From an uncultured Acidobacteriota bacterium (GTDB lineage: Bacteria > Acidobacteriota > Vicinamibacteria > Fen-336), in contig OY970399.1 in assembly GCA_963720545.1 (NCBI GenBank), positions 1,856,001-1,920,000 of the forward strand: a stretch of DNA of 64,000 nt, read 5' to 3'. Of this stretch, positions 29,615-39,223 are shown one piece after another. The notes under the pieces are model-generated. The model worked only from the letters and a program-made list of their open reading frames with translations. It was not told where the DNA came from and searched no databases. Numbering within the stretch: the first letter of the stretch is position 1; each line of letters opens with the position of its first letter. The position numbers and the translations under genes are program-made.

Positions 29615-30481
29615 ATGACGATGACCGCGTTGCTGCTGGCGGCAGCAATCGAAGCGTCGGGGCCGCTGCAGGGCGCGCAGTACGAGGTCGCCCGGCTGGC
29701 CGAAGCCGCGAACGGCGAGATCTCGGTGGCGGCCGTGTCGCTCGATGGCAACGCCTCGCTCTCGATCGACGCCGACAAGGTGTACCACGCAGCCAGCACC
29801 ATGAAGGTGCCGGTGATGATCGAGCTGTTCCGCCAGGCGCAGTCGCGGCAGCTGAGCCTCGACGACGCCGTGATGGTGCGCAACCAGTTTCGCAGCATCG
29901 TCGACGGCAGCCCCTACGCTCTCGATCCAGGCGACGATTCGGACGACGCGACCTACCTCAAGGTCGGCACGCGCGTATCGCTGCGCGAGCTGTGCGAGTC
30001 GATGATCACGCTCAGCAGCAACCTCGCGACCAACGTGCTCATCGAGCGACTGGGAATCGGCAGCATCCGTGACGGCGTCGAGCGCCTTGATGCCGGCGGC
30101 ATGCAGGTGGTGCGCGGCCTCGAAGACGGCAAGGCGTTCGCCGCCGGCAGGGTCAACTCGACGAGCGCTCGCGGCCTGGCGCAGCTGCTGCTGGCGCTCG
30201 GCCGGCACCGGGCGGTGAGCGAGGCGGCGGACACCGAGATGCTCGCGATGCTCGCGCGCCAGCGCTGGAACGACGCGATTCCAGCGGGCCTGCCGGCGGG
30301 CACGCCGGTCGCACACAAGACCGGCTGGATCACGCGCATCCACCACGATGCTGCGATCGTCTACGGCATGCGGCCGTTCGTGCTGGTGATCCTGACCCGC
30401 GGCATCGACGATGACCGCAAGAGCGCGGCGCTCATGGCCGAAGTCGCGAAAGTCGTCTACCAGCGCCTCGAAGCGCCGTAA
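29615..30481 (+). CDS. Class A beta-lactamase-related serine hydrolase
   Basis: AASTMK, MITLSSN, VAHKTG, HHDAAIV. Confidence 0.85.
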   Translation: MTMTALLLAAAIEASGPLQGAQYEVARLAEAANGEISVAAVSLDGNASLSIDADKVYHAASTMKVPVMIELFRQAQSRQLSLDDAVMVRNQFRSIVDGSPYALDPGDDSDDATYLKVGTRVSLRELCESMITLSSNLATNVLIERLGIGSIRDGVERLDAGGMQVVRGLEDGKAFAAGRVNSTSARGLAQLLLALGRHRAVSEAADTEMLAMLARQRWNDAIPAGLPAGTPVAHKTGWITRIHHDAAIVYGMRPFVLVILTRGIDDDRKSAALMAEVAKVVYQRLEAP

Positions 30482-30511
30482 CATGGGCGCGCCGCCCCCT
30501 GAAGAGCACGA

Positions 30512-31720
30512 ATGAGCGACTTCCACCAGTTCGGTCCGGTCACGGCGCTGCCGCGCCTCGTCAGCCGCCCCATCGAGGACCTCGAGGCGCGCGTCAAAGT
30601 CTACAGCGGCCGCTATCCGGTGGCGCTCGTCATCCCGATCATTCCCGAGGAGATGGATCGCCCCGCGCTCGCGCGCATCGTCGACGAGCTGTCGCGGGTC
30701 ACGTACCTCGACACACTCCTGGTGTCGCTCAACAAAGCGAGCGCCGACGACTGCCGGCGCGCCGTCGAGTTCTTCAAGCCGTACTCCGGCCGCTCGGTCA
30801 TCCTGTGGAACGAGTCGCCGGCGGTCCAGGACGTCGTCGACCACATGAGCAGCGCCGGGCTCTACACCGGCGAGCCCGGCAAGGGCCGCGCCTGCTGGCT
30901 CGCGATGGGCTTCATCCTCGCGGAGGAGCGCGTCGAGTACATCGCCTTCCAGGACGGCGACGTGGTGAACTTCTCGCGCGAGATGCTCGCCCGCCTGGTG
31001 CTGCCGGCGCTCGACCCCACCATCGACTTCGACTTCGTGAAGGGCTACTACGCGCGCATTTCCGACCGGCTGAACGGCCGGGTGACGCGCCTGATGCTGG
31101 CGCCGCTCCTGACCGCGTTCACGCGCCTCATCGGCGACGATCCCTACATCCGCTACCTGTCGGCGTTTCGTTACGCGCTCTCGGGCGAGTTCGTGGTCAA
31201 GGTCGACCTGGCCGAGCGCATGCGGCTGCCCTGCGACTGGGGCCTCGAGATCGTCACGCTGTTCGAGGCGCTGCGCCACCGGGCTCCGGTGCGCGTCTGC
31301 CAGGTGGAGCTGGCCGAGAGCTACGACCACAAGCACCAGGGCGTGTCCGCGGACGATCCTTCGACCGGGCTCAACCGCATGGCCCGGGACATCGTCAAGC
31401 ACCTGCTGCGCACGCTCGCGGCCGCCGGCGTCAACCTGCACGACGGCCTGCTGCGCAGCCTGCTCGCCGCCTACCAGCGCGAGGCCGAGGATGCTGTGGG
31501 CGACAGCTATGCCGTGGCCCTCATCAACGGCCTGCGCTTCGACCGCCACGAGGAAGAGCAGTCGGTGCAGGTGTTCGTCCAGTCGCTGCGCTCGTCGATC
31601 GAGGAGTTCCTGGCCGATCCGCTGGGCGCGCCGCTCGTCCCCAACTGGGCGCGGGTCTGGGCGGGCATCCCGGATGCCGGCAACCGGCTGCTGGCTGCAG
31701 TAAAGCGCGACGCCATTTAG
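30512..31720 (+). CDS. gpgS: Glucosyl-3-phosphoglycerate synthase-like glycosyltransferase
   Basis: MSDFHQ, GKGR, DxD (DGD), KGYYAR, GRVTRL, FRYALSGEF, DWGLE, YDHKHQ, PNW: pattern of cyanobacterial/archaeal-type GpgS. Confidence 0.75.
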   Translation: MSDFHQFGPVTALPRLVSRPIEDLEARVKVYSGRYPVALVIPIIPEEMDRPALARIVDELSRVTYLDTLLVSLNKASADDCRRAVEFFKPYSGRSVILWNESPAVQDVVDHMSSAGLYTGEPGKGRACWLAMGFILAEERVEYIAFQDGDVVNFSREMLARLVLPALDPTIDFDFVKGYYARISDRLNGRVTRLMLAPLLTAFTRLIGDDPYIRYLSAFRYALSGEFVVKVDLAERMRLPCDWGLEIVTLFEALRHRAPVRVCQVELAESYDHKHQGVSADDPSTGLNRMARDIVKHLLRTLAAAGVNLHDGLLRSLLAAYQREAEDAVGDSYAVALINGLRFDRHEEEQSVQVFVQSLRSSIEEFLADPLGAPLVPNWARVWAGIPDAGNRLLAAVKRDAI

Positions 31721-31732
31721 ACTCCTGGGGAC

Positions 31733-32566
31733 GTGGCCGTCACCCTCGATTTCAAGGACCATCGCCGTGAGCTCGACCGCAACGCCTACGTCTACGCGGT
31801 GGTGTCGCGGCGCGCCCGGGGCCTGTCGATCGGCGTCAACCTCAATCCCGACAAGGTGTGCAACTTCGACTGCCCCTACTGCCAGGTGGACCGCACCGTC
31901 CCGGGAAGCGACGCGCCCATCGACCTCGACCGGCTCGATGCCGAATTGGACGCGCTGCTTGGCCGGGCCGCGACACCGTCTTTCTGGAGCGAGCCGCCGT
32001 TCGACAGCGTCGCTCCCAGCCTGCGGCGGGTGGCGGACATCGCTTTCTCCGGCGATGGCGAGCCGACCACTGCGCCGGAGTTCCCCGAAGCCGCGCGCCG
32101 CGTGCGCGCCATCCGCGACCGCAATTCGCTGGCGGTGCCGATGCGCCTCATCACCAACGCGACCATGTTCGACCGGCCGCGGGTGCGCGCGGCGCTGGGA
32201 TCGTTCGACGAGCTGTGGTGCAAGCTCGACGCCGGCACCGAGGAATACTTCCGCTTCGTCGACGGCACGCGGCTGCCCTTCGTCCAGGTGCTGCGCAACC
32301 TCACGGCGGTCGCGCAGGAGCGGCCGATCGTGGTGCAGAGCATGTTCCTGGCCAGCCATGGCGCGGGGCCCGACGACGCCGAGATCGCAGCGTATGCCGG
32401 CCGGCTCGCGGACATCGCCGCCTGCGGGACGATCGACCACGTCCAGATCTACACTGTCGCCCGCCGGCCGGCCGATGCTGCGATGACGCCCCTGTCGCGC
32501 GATAGGCTGGAGGCGATTGCCGCCGCCGTGCGCGCACGGGGCCTGAAAGCCGAGGTCTATGACTGA
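31733..32566 (+). CDS. Radical SAM protein of unknown function (TYW1/COG0731-like)
   Basis: SRR..GLSIGVNL, CNFDCPYC, FSGDGEPT, LITNAT, KLDAG. Confidence 0.88.
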   Translation: MAVTLDFKDHRRELDRNAYVYAVVSRRARGLSIGVNLNPDKVCNFDCPYCQVDRTVPGSDAPIDLDRLDAELDALLGRAATPSFWSEPPFDSVAPSLRRVADIAFSGDGEPTTAPEFPEAARRVRAIRDRNSLAVPMRLITNATMFDRPRVRAALGSFDELWCKLDAGTEEYFRFVDGTRLPFVQVLRNLTAVAQERPIVVQSMFLASHGAGPDDAEIAAYAGRLADIAACGTIDHVQIYTVARRPADAAMTPLSRDRLEAIAAAVRARGLKAEVYD

Positions 32567-33575
32567 GATGATGCCGAAGATGCTCCAGACACTGGGTACG
32601 GCGCTGGCGGGCGCCGCCCTCCTGGCCGTCGCGGCGGCCCGTCCCGCGCACGCCGATGCCCTCGACGCCGCCCTGCAGGCGCAGCTGCAGGCGATCGCCG
32701 CGCAAAGCGGCGGCACCCTGGGCGTGTACGCGCACGACCTGCGCAGCGGCCGCACCGCGTCCCTCAACGGCAGCGCGCGCTTCCAGCTGGCGAGCACCTA
32801 CAAGATCCCCATCGCCCTCGCGATCCTCGACGCCGTCGACCGCGGCCGCCTGCGCCTCGACCAGCAGGTCGAGATCCGCGAGGCCGACCTGGCCCCCGGC
32901 GTCAGTGCGATCGTCGAGGAGTGGAACCCCGGCGAGAAGCGCACCATCGAGTCGCTGCTGCGCTCGATGCTGGTGGAGAGCGACAACACCGCGAGCGACG
33001 TGCTGATGACGGCGGCCGGTGGTGCCGCGCAGGTGACGGGGCGGCTGCGCGCGCTCGGCATCGCCGACTTCGACGTCAACCGCCGCGAGAGCGAGATCGG
33101 CACCGACTTCCACGGCGTGGCGTTCGGCGCCGACCATGACCTCGGCAAGTTCGCCGATGCGGTGCGCGACGCGCCGCGCGACGTGCGTGTGGCGAGCGCC
33201 GAGCGCTTCATGAAGGACCAGCGCGACACCGCGACGCCGTTGGCGATGGGCGCGCTGCTCGAGAAGATTGCCGCCGGCAAGGCCGCAAGCGCCGACAGCA
33301 CGGCGCGCCTGCGCGCGCTGCTGCGCGAGTCGCGCAGCCCGGCGCCGCGGCTCACCGGCGGGCTGCCCGAAGGCACGTCGCTCGAGCATAAGACCGGCAC
33401 CTGCGCGGACGCGTTCGACTTCAACTGCACCAACGACGTCGGCATCGTCAACCCGCCGCCGGGTGATGCCATCGTCATCGCAGTGTTCCTCAAGAACTCG
33501 ACGAAGGAGTACGCCGAACGCAATCGCACCCTCGCCGAGGTGACGCGCGCCGTCTACGAGGCGTGGACCCGCTAG
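32559..33575 (+). CDS. Class A beta-lactamase
   Basis: Signal peptide, FQLASTYK (SxxK), SDN, RRE (putative Glu166 equivalent), DTATP, HKTGT, NDVG. Confidence 0.82.
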   Translation: MTEMMPKMLQTLGTALAGAALLAVAAARPAHADALDAALQAQLQAIAAQSGGTLGVYAHDLRSGRTASLNGSARFQLASTYKIPIALAILDAVDRGRLRLDQQVEIREADLAPGVSAIVEEWNPGEKRTIESLLRSMLVESDNTASDVLMTAAGGAAQVTGRLRALGIADFDVNRRESEIGTDFHGVAFGADHDLGKFADAVRDAPRDVRVASAERFMKDQRDTATPLAMGALLEKIAAGKAASADSTARLRALLRESRSPAPRLTGGLPEGTSLEHKTGTCADAFDFNCTNDVGIVNPPPGDAIVIAVFLKNSTKEYAERNRTLAEVTRAVYEAWTR

Positions 33576-35980
33576 TGCGCGCAGCCCGGACGACCGGCGC
33601 AGTCCTGCTTTTCTCCTGGTCGCTGCTCGGGGCTGCCGCCGGCGCACAGGACAAGCCGCGGCGCTTCGACGGCTTCATTCCGCTGCAGTGGGATGCGAAA
33701 AAGGGCCAGCTGCTCCTCGAAGTGAAGGACCGCGCCGAGTTCCTCTACGGCGTCGGCCTGGCCGGCGGAGCCGGCATCCTCGAAGCGAGCCTCGACCGCG
33801 GCCAGCTGGGCAACCTCGGCCTGTGCCGCTTCGAGCGCATCGGCCCGCGCGTGCTGCTGCGCCAGCTGCAGACCGACCATCGCAGCGGCACCAGCGACGC
33901 GGAGCGCACTCGCGTGGTCACCGAATCGTTCCCCTCGTCGGTGCTGGCCTCGCTCGCTATCGTCGCGGAGAACGGCGACACGCTGGTGGTGGACGCGACC
34001 GACCTGGTGCTGCGCGACACCTTCATCGCGAACACGCTGCGGCAGGCCGACCAGGGCGACTGGCGCGCCGACCCGCAGCGCTCGGCCCTCGAGCTCGACC
34101 GCACCGGCGCCTTTCCGCGCAATACCGAGGTGGAAGCCACCGTGACGGTGAGCGCCGACAAGCCGACGCCGGCGGTGGCGCGGGTGCTGCCCGACGGGCA
34201 CACGATGAGCCTGCGGGTGCACCACACGTTCCTGGCACTGCCGGAGCCGGGCTACAAGCCGCGCTTTCTCGACCCGCGCGTCGGCTTCATCCCGGTTGGC
34301 TACAAGGACCACACCGCGCCGTTCACCGAAGCCATCGAGCGCTACGCGGTCATGCGCTGGCGCCTCGAGAAGAAGAACCCGCAGGAAGCGGTCTCCGAAC
34401 CGGTCGCGCCCATCGTCTACTACCTCGACCGCGGCATGCCCGAACCGGAGCGCAGCGCGATTCGCGACGCGGCACTCTGGTGGAACCACGCCTTCGAGAA
34501 GGCCGGCTTCCGCAACGCCCTCGTCATCAAGGACTTGCCCGAAGGTGCCACGTTCCTCGACGCGCGCTACTCCGGCATCGAGTGGATCAACCGCGCCGAG
34601 CGCGCCTGGTCGATCGGCGACGGCCAGGTCGACCCACGCACTGGCGAGATCGTGCACGCGGTCGCGCGCATCGATTCGCATCGCCGCCGCACCACCTCGC
34701 GCCTGTGGCAGAACCTGCGCCGCCCGACAGCCGGCCTTGCCTGCACCGCGGCCGACGCTCCCGATTTCGCCGAACTCCTGGCGGGTGCCGCCGACCCTTC
34801 GGTCGGTGAAGAGGAGCTGGTGCTGGCGCGCCTGCGCTATCTCTCGGCGCACGAAGTGGGCCACACGCTCGGGCTGATGCACAACTTCGCCGGCACCACC
34901 TTCGGCTGGGGCTCGGTGATGGACTACCTTGCGGCGCACGTCGAGCCGCGTGCCGACGGCACCCTCGACCTCTCGGACGCGTACCCGAAGGACATTGGCT
35001 CGTACGACACCCTGATGATCGAGTGGGGCTACACGCCGAACGAAGACCCGAAGGCGCTCGACGGCATCGTGCGCGCGGCCTACGGCGCCGGCGATTTGTA
35101 CCCGCTCGAAAGCGACCCGCGCTGGGCCGAGTACGACTGGGGCAAGGACCCGGTGGCCTGGCTGCGGACCACACAGGCCGCGCGCAAGATCATCCTCGAA
35201 CGCTTCGGGCCCGAACAGCTGAAGGACGGCGCGCCGCTCTACGACCTGCAGGCGCGCCTCTCGCTCGCCTACACGTACCACCGCTTCGGCATCCAGGCGG
35301 CGCAACAGTTCATAGGCGGCCAGTTCCAGACGAACGCGCTCAAGGGCGACGGCCAGGTGCCGGCTGCGTGGGTCCCCGCCGCGAAGCAGCGCGAAGCGCT
35401 CGACCTGCTGATGAGCGCGTTGTCGCCTGCCAACCTCGCGATTCCCGAACGCATCACCGCGGCACTCGTGGCCGAGCCATCTGGCACGGCGCCGACGCGC
35501 GAGCTTTTCACCTCGGAAGCCGGCGACACCTTCAGCCCACTGTCGGCGGCACGCGCGCTCGCCGGCCTGGTCGTCGATCCGCTGCTCGATCCGCGGCGCG
35601 CGGCGCGGCTGACGCTGGCGCCGGCAGGCGGACTGACGCTCGACGAACTGCTCGGGAGGCTCGTCGACACTTCGTTCGCCGCGGGGGTTACCGGTGATGC
35701 CGCCCTGCGCCACGTCGTTCAGCGGCGCGTCGCCGACGGCATCATGAACCTGGCGGCCGCCGCCGATGCCGCGCCTGAAGTGCGCGCCACCGCGACGCAG
35801 CGGTTGCAGGCGCTTGCGACACGGCTCGGCGCACCCGACGCACGGCGCAATGCGATGGCAGCGCTCATCGCCCGTGACGTCACCGACTTCCTCGCGCACC
35901 CCGAACTGCGCACGCCACGGCCGCCGCAGGTCGTCGCACCTCCCGGCCGGCCCATCGGGTTGCCCGAGACCGAGCGTTGA
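33563..35980 (+). CDS. Secreted zinc metalloprotease, metzincin type (DUF5117/DUF4953/EcxA-like)
   Basis: DPRVGF, WNHAFEKAGF, DPRTGEI, HEVGHTLGLMHNF, Met-turn SVMDY, C-terminal PPGRPIG. Start approximate. Confidence 0.88.
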   Translation: MDPLVRAARTTGAVLLFSWSLLGAAAGAQDKPRRFDGFIPLQWDAKKGQLLLEVKDRAEFLYGVGLAGGAGILEASLDRGQLGNLGLCRFERIGPRVLLRQLQTDHRSGTSDAERTRVVTESFPSSVLASLAIVAENGDTLVVDATDLVLRDTFIANTLRQADQGDWRADPQRSALELDRTGAFPRNTEVEATVTVSADKPTPAVARVLPDGHTMSLRVHHTFLALPEPGYKPRFLDPRVGFIPVGYKDHTAPFTEAIERYAVMRWRLEKKNPQEAVSEPVAPIVYYLDRGMPEPERSAIRDAALWWNHAFEKAGFRNALVIKDLPEGATFLDARYSGIEWINRAERAWSIGDGQVDPRTGEIVHAVARIDSHRRRTTSRLWQNLRRPTAGLACTAADAPDFAELLAGAADPSVGEEELVLARLRYLSAHEVGHTLGLMHNFAGTTFGWGSVMDYLAAHVEPRADGTLDLSDAYPKDIGSYDTLMIEWGYTPNEDPKALDGIVRAAYGAGDLYPLESDPRWAEYDWGKDPVAWLRTTQAARKIILERFGPEQLKDGAPLYDLQARLSLAYTYHRFGIQAAQQFIGGQFQTNALKGDGQVPAAWVPAAKQREALDLLMSALSPANLAIPERITAALVAEPSGTAPTRELFTSEAGDTFSPLSAARALAGLVVDPLLDPRRAARLTLAPAGGLTLDELLGRLVDTSFAAGVTGDAALRHVVQRRVADGIMNLAAAADAAPEVRATATQRLQALATRLGAPDARRNAMAALIARDVTDFLAHPELRTPRPPQVVAPPGRPIGLPETER

Positions 35981-36789
35981 TCCGCAAGGTCGCGTGGGGT
36001 GCGTGCGCCCTGGTGGTGTTGTGCGCGGCGGCAGCGCCGCTGCGTGCGGATGACCTCGAGCTGCTGCCGCAGTTCGACCTGCACCTCGAGTTCGGCCGCT
36101 ACGCGCCCACCGAGACCGATTTCGTCTTCGACTCGTGGCTGGGGGGCAAGGCGACACTGGTGCGGCACGGCGCGACCTCGATCTTCATGACCGGCGACGT
36201 CGAGACTGTCCTGGGCCGCGAGTTCCGCGTGTTCGACGCCAACCAGGCGAACTACGTCCTCGAGGGCGGCGTCACCCGCGACTTCGGACTGTGGAGCCTG
36301 AGCGGCGTGTTCCACCACGTCTCGCGGCACGTCATCGACCGGCCGAAGCGCCAGTCGGTCGACTGGAACCTCATCGGCGTGCGCGCCGAGCGCCGCTTCC
36401 TGTATGACGCCGCCGCCGGCGGCGGCGCCGCAACCGAGCGCGGCCGCATCGAGCTGGGCGCCGCGCACCAGATCAAGCACACCTTCGTCCTCTACAACTG
36501 GGAGTTGCGCGCGGCGGCCGAGTACGACCTGGTGCCCGCGGGCGGCGGCGCCCTCTACGCTCGCGCCACGCTGCGCGCGATCAGCGAGGAAAAGACCGTC
36601 GACCGCACGCGCGGCGGCTTCCTGGACGCGCTTGCCGAGGGCGGCTGGCGCATTCGGCGCGGCCGCAACCTGCTGCACTTCTACGCCGCCTACGAACACC
36701 GCAACGACGTCTACCTCATGAGCCCCTCGTCCAAGGACCGCGCGCTCTTCGGCTTCCGCGTCGGCCGCTCCAACAACCCCGGCTGGTGA
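35977..36789 (+). CDS. Hypothetical exported protein, probable outer-membrane beta-barrel
   Basis: Signal peptide; alternating hydrophobic/aromatic strands; HHVSRH motif; TTGA overlap. Confidence 0.6.
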   Translation: MIRKVAWGACALVVLCAAAAPLRADDLELLPQFDLHLEFGRYAPTETDFVFDSWLGGKATLVRHGATSIFMTGDVETVLGREFRVFDANQANYVLEGGVTRDFGLWSLSGVFHHVSRHVIDRPKRQSVDWNLIGVRAERRFLYDAAAGGGAATERGRIELGAAHQIKHTFVLYNWELRAAAEYDLVPAGGGALYARATLRAISEEKTVDRTRGGFLDALAEGGWRIRRGRNLLHFYAAYEHRNDVYLMSPSSKDRALFGFRVGRSNNPGW

Positions 36790-36810
36790 GTTGAGGTAGG
36801 CTTCCCCCAA

Positions 36811-37015
36811 TCGAGGTGCCCCGCGGTCGCGGGGGTAAAAGGGAAGCAGGTCGGAAACCTGCGCGGTCCCGCCACTGTAGCCGGTGAGCCGCTCTTCGTA
36901 ACGCATCGATCGATGCGAGCCACTCCGCAAACGAGTCGTCGCGGGGGAAGGCTGAGAAGGCTGGCGATGACCCGGGAGCCAGGAAACCTGCCTCGAGCAA
37001 CAGTCCGAGGAGACA
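36811..37015 (+). promoter_or_regulatory. Cobalamin riboswitch
   Basis: AGGTGC...TAAAAGGGAAGCAGGT..AAACCTGC..CCCGCCACTGTA...GAGCCACT...GGGAAGG...GAGCCAGGAAACCTGCC (B12 box 36976-36992), directly upstream of a BtuB-like gene; SD in a small hairpin loop (gtc-CGAGGA-gac). Confidence 0.95.
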
Positions 37016-37021
37016 TTTCCA

Positions 37022-39223
37022 ATGCGCCCATTCGCGAGCTTCATTCTCGTCGCCGCCACACTTCTGTCCGTTTCGCCGCCGGCTTCGGCCGGCACGCTCA
37101 CCGGCTCCGCAAGAGCCACGGACGGCACCGCCCTGCCGCGCTTCGACCTGCGGCTCATCGGTCCCGGGGGCGGCGAGCGCCCGCTGGTCACTGGCCTCGG
37201 CGGCGCCTTCGACGCGGGCGTGGTGCCCGCGGGCGAGTATCGCATCGCGCCGGCGACGCCCGGGTTCACGACTGTTACGCCGGCATCGTTCCAGGTGGGC
37301 GCGGGCACAGACCCCGTGCGCATCGAGGTGGTGCTTGGCCCGAGCGGCATTGCCGAGCGGGTGGTGGTCGCCGCGACCCGCGGCGACGCAGTGGCTTCGA
37401 CGCTCGGCGTCGCGGTCACCATCATCGATGGCGGCGACATCGAGGCGCGCCATCCGCAGACGCTCCTGCATCTCTTGACCGATGCGCCGGGCGTGGCCGT
37501 CGCGGCGACCGGGCCGCCCGGCCGCCAGGCCTCCGCCTTCGTCCGCGGCGGCGAGAGCAACTTCACGCGCGTGATGGTGGACGGCGTGGTGGTGAACGCG
37601 CCCGGCGGCGCCTACGACTTCGGCGACCTGCTGGCGATGGACGTGTCGCGCATCGAGGTGGTGCGCGGTGCCGGGAGCAGCCTCTACGGCAGCGACGCGC
37701 TCGCCGGCGTCGTCAACATCGTGACCCGCGAGCCAGGGCCGCGCAGCCTCTTTGCCGAGGGCGAAGGTGGCAACTTCGGCTTCTGGCAGGGGCGCGGCGG
37801 TGCCTCAGGACGCAGCGGCCAGTTCGACTGGCGCGGCAACCTCGCCCATCTCGAGACAGACAACGAAGGGCCGAACGGCAAGTTCGACGAAACCGCGGGC
37901 AGCGGTTCGTTCGCGGTGCGGGCCACGGAGAAAACGACGCTGCGCGGCATCCTGCGCGCGTCACACAGCCGCACCGGCACCCCGGGCCAGACGCTCTACG
38001 GCCGCCCCGACCTCGACGCGTTCGCGAAACGCAACGACTTTTCCGCGGGGCTCACGTTCGAGACGCGCCGCGAGCAGGTCATCCACACGCTGCGCGCCGG
38101 CATTGCGGATACCGACCTGTTGTCCGTGAACCCGCTCGATTCCGGTCCGTACACGCCGACCTTCGGCGACCTGCGGGCACCATTCGAGTTCGTCGACTTC
38201 GTGAACGCGGCCGGCGCGCAGAACGACACGCGCCGCGCGACCCTCGGCTACCAGGCCGAAGTCCAGGCCGGCGCCGCCCACCTGCTGACGCTCGGCGCGG
38301 AAGCGGAGCGCGAGACGGGCGCCGTCGGCACCAAGGGGTCCGCGTCGGTGGTGACGCCGAAGCGCAGCAATTTTGGTTTCTACGCGCAGGACCGCGTGGC
38401 GATCGGCGGCCGCGGGTTCGTGACGCTCGGCGCGCGCGTCGAGCGCAACGACAGCTACGGCACGCGCGTCGTGCCGCGCGGTGCCGTCGCGTGGCGCCTC
38501 AGCAGCGGCGAGCACGCGACGACACTGCACGCGAGCGGCGGCGCCGGCATCAACGAGCCGAACTTCACACAGACCTTCGGCTCGGCGTTCTCGCTGCCCA
38601 ACCCCGACCTGAAGCCGGAGCGCAGCCGCACCTTCGACCTCGGCGTCGAGAGCTGGCTGTCGCCGCGGGTGCGGCTCGACGTGACCGGCTTCCACCACAC
38701 CTACCGCGACCAGATCGCGTTCGAGATCGTGGACTTCGTCACCTTCGACGGCGCCTACTTCAACCTCGGACAGACACGTGCCCAGGGCATCGAGACGGCG
38801 CTCGACGTCTCGGCCGCTCCCGGCCTCACGTTCCGCGGCGCCTACACCTGGCTCGACGGCGAGATCATCGACCCGGCACAAAACTTCGACGCGGTTTACG
38901 AAAAGGGACGCGAGCTGCTACGCAGGCCGAAGCACCAGGGATCGTTCGCCGCGCGCTACGCCGCCGGCCGCTTCGACGTCGGCGCCAACGTTGTGGTCGT
39001 CGGCGAGCGCACCGACAGCGACTTCTCGAGCCTCGGGCTCGAGCAGAACGCGGGCTACACGCGCGTCGATGCGCGCGCCAGCGTGCTGGTGCGCGGCGCC
39101 CTGCACGCGTACGTGGTGCTCGAGAACGCATTCGACCGCGAGTACCAGGAAGCGCTTGGCTATCCGGCGCTCGGCCGCTCGATCCGCTTCGGCCTCGGCC
39201 TGCGCGCGAGCGGCACCCGGTGA
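37022..39223 (+). CDS. btuB: TonB-dependent cobalamin receptor
   Basis: Signal peptide, N-terminal extension, FVRGG, RIEVVRGAGSSLYGSDALAGVVNI, NPDLKPERS, LLRRP, ENAFDREY; under a B12 riboswitch. Confidence 0.9.
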   Translation: MRPFASFILVAATLLSVSPPASAGTLTGSARATDGTALPRFDLRLIGPGGGERPLVTGLGGAFDAGVVPAGEYRIAPATPGFTTVTPASFQVGAGTDPVRIEVVLGPSGIAERVVVAATRGDAVASTLGVAVTIIDGGDIEARHPQTLLHLLTDAPGVAVAATGPPGRQASAFVRGGESNFTRVMVDGVVVNAPGGAYDFGDLLAMDVSRIEVVRGAGSSLYGSDALAGVVNIVTREPGPRSLFAEGEGGNFGFWQGRGGASGRSGQFDWRGNLAHLETDNEGPNGKFDETAGSGSFAVRATEKTTLRGILRASHSRTGTPGQTLYGRPDLDAFAKRNDFSAGLTFETRREQVIHTLRAGIADTDLLSVNPLDSGPYTPTFGDLRAPFEFVDFVNAAGAQNDTRRATLGYQAEVQAGAAHLLTLGAEAERETGAVGTKGSASVVTPKRSNFGFYAQDRVAIGGRGFVTLGARVERNDSYGTRVVPRGAVAWRLSSGEHATTLHASGGAGINEPNFTQTFGSAFSLPNPDLKPERSRTFDLGVESWLSPRVRLDVTGFHHTYRDQIAFEIVDFVTFDGAYFNLGQTRAQGIETALDVSAAPGLTFRGAYTWLDGEIIDPAQNFDAVYEKGRELLRRPKHQGSFAARYAAGRFDVGANVVVVGERTDSDFSSLGLEQNAGYTRVDARASVLVRGALHAYVVLENAFDREYQEALGYPALGRSIRFGLGLRASGTR

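Noticed and set aside
26682..32797. Long minus-strand ORFs 26682..29648 and 29399..32797, and similar overlapping ORFs elsewhere
   Set aside because: Antisense or off-frame shadows of recognisable genes.
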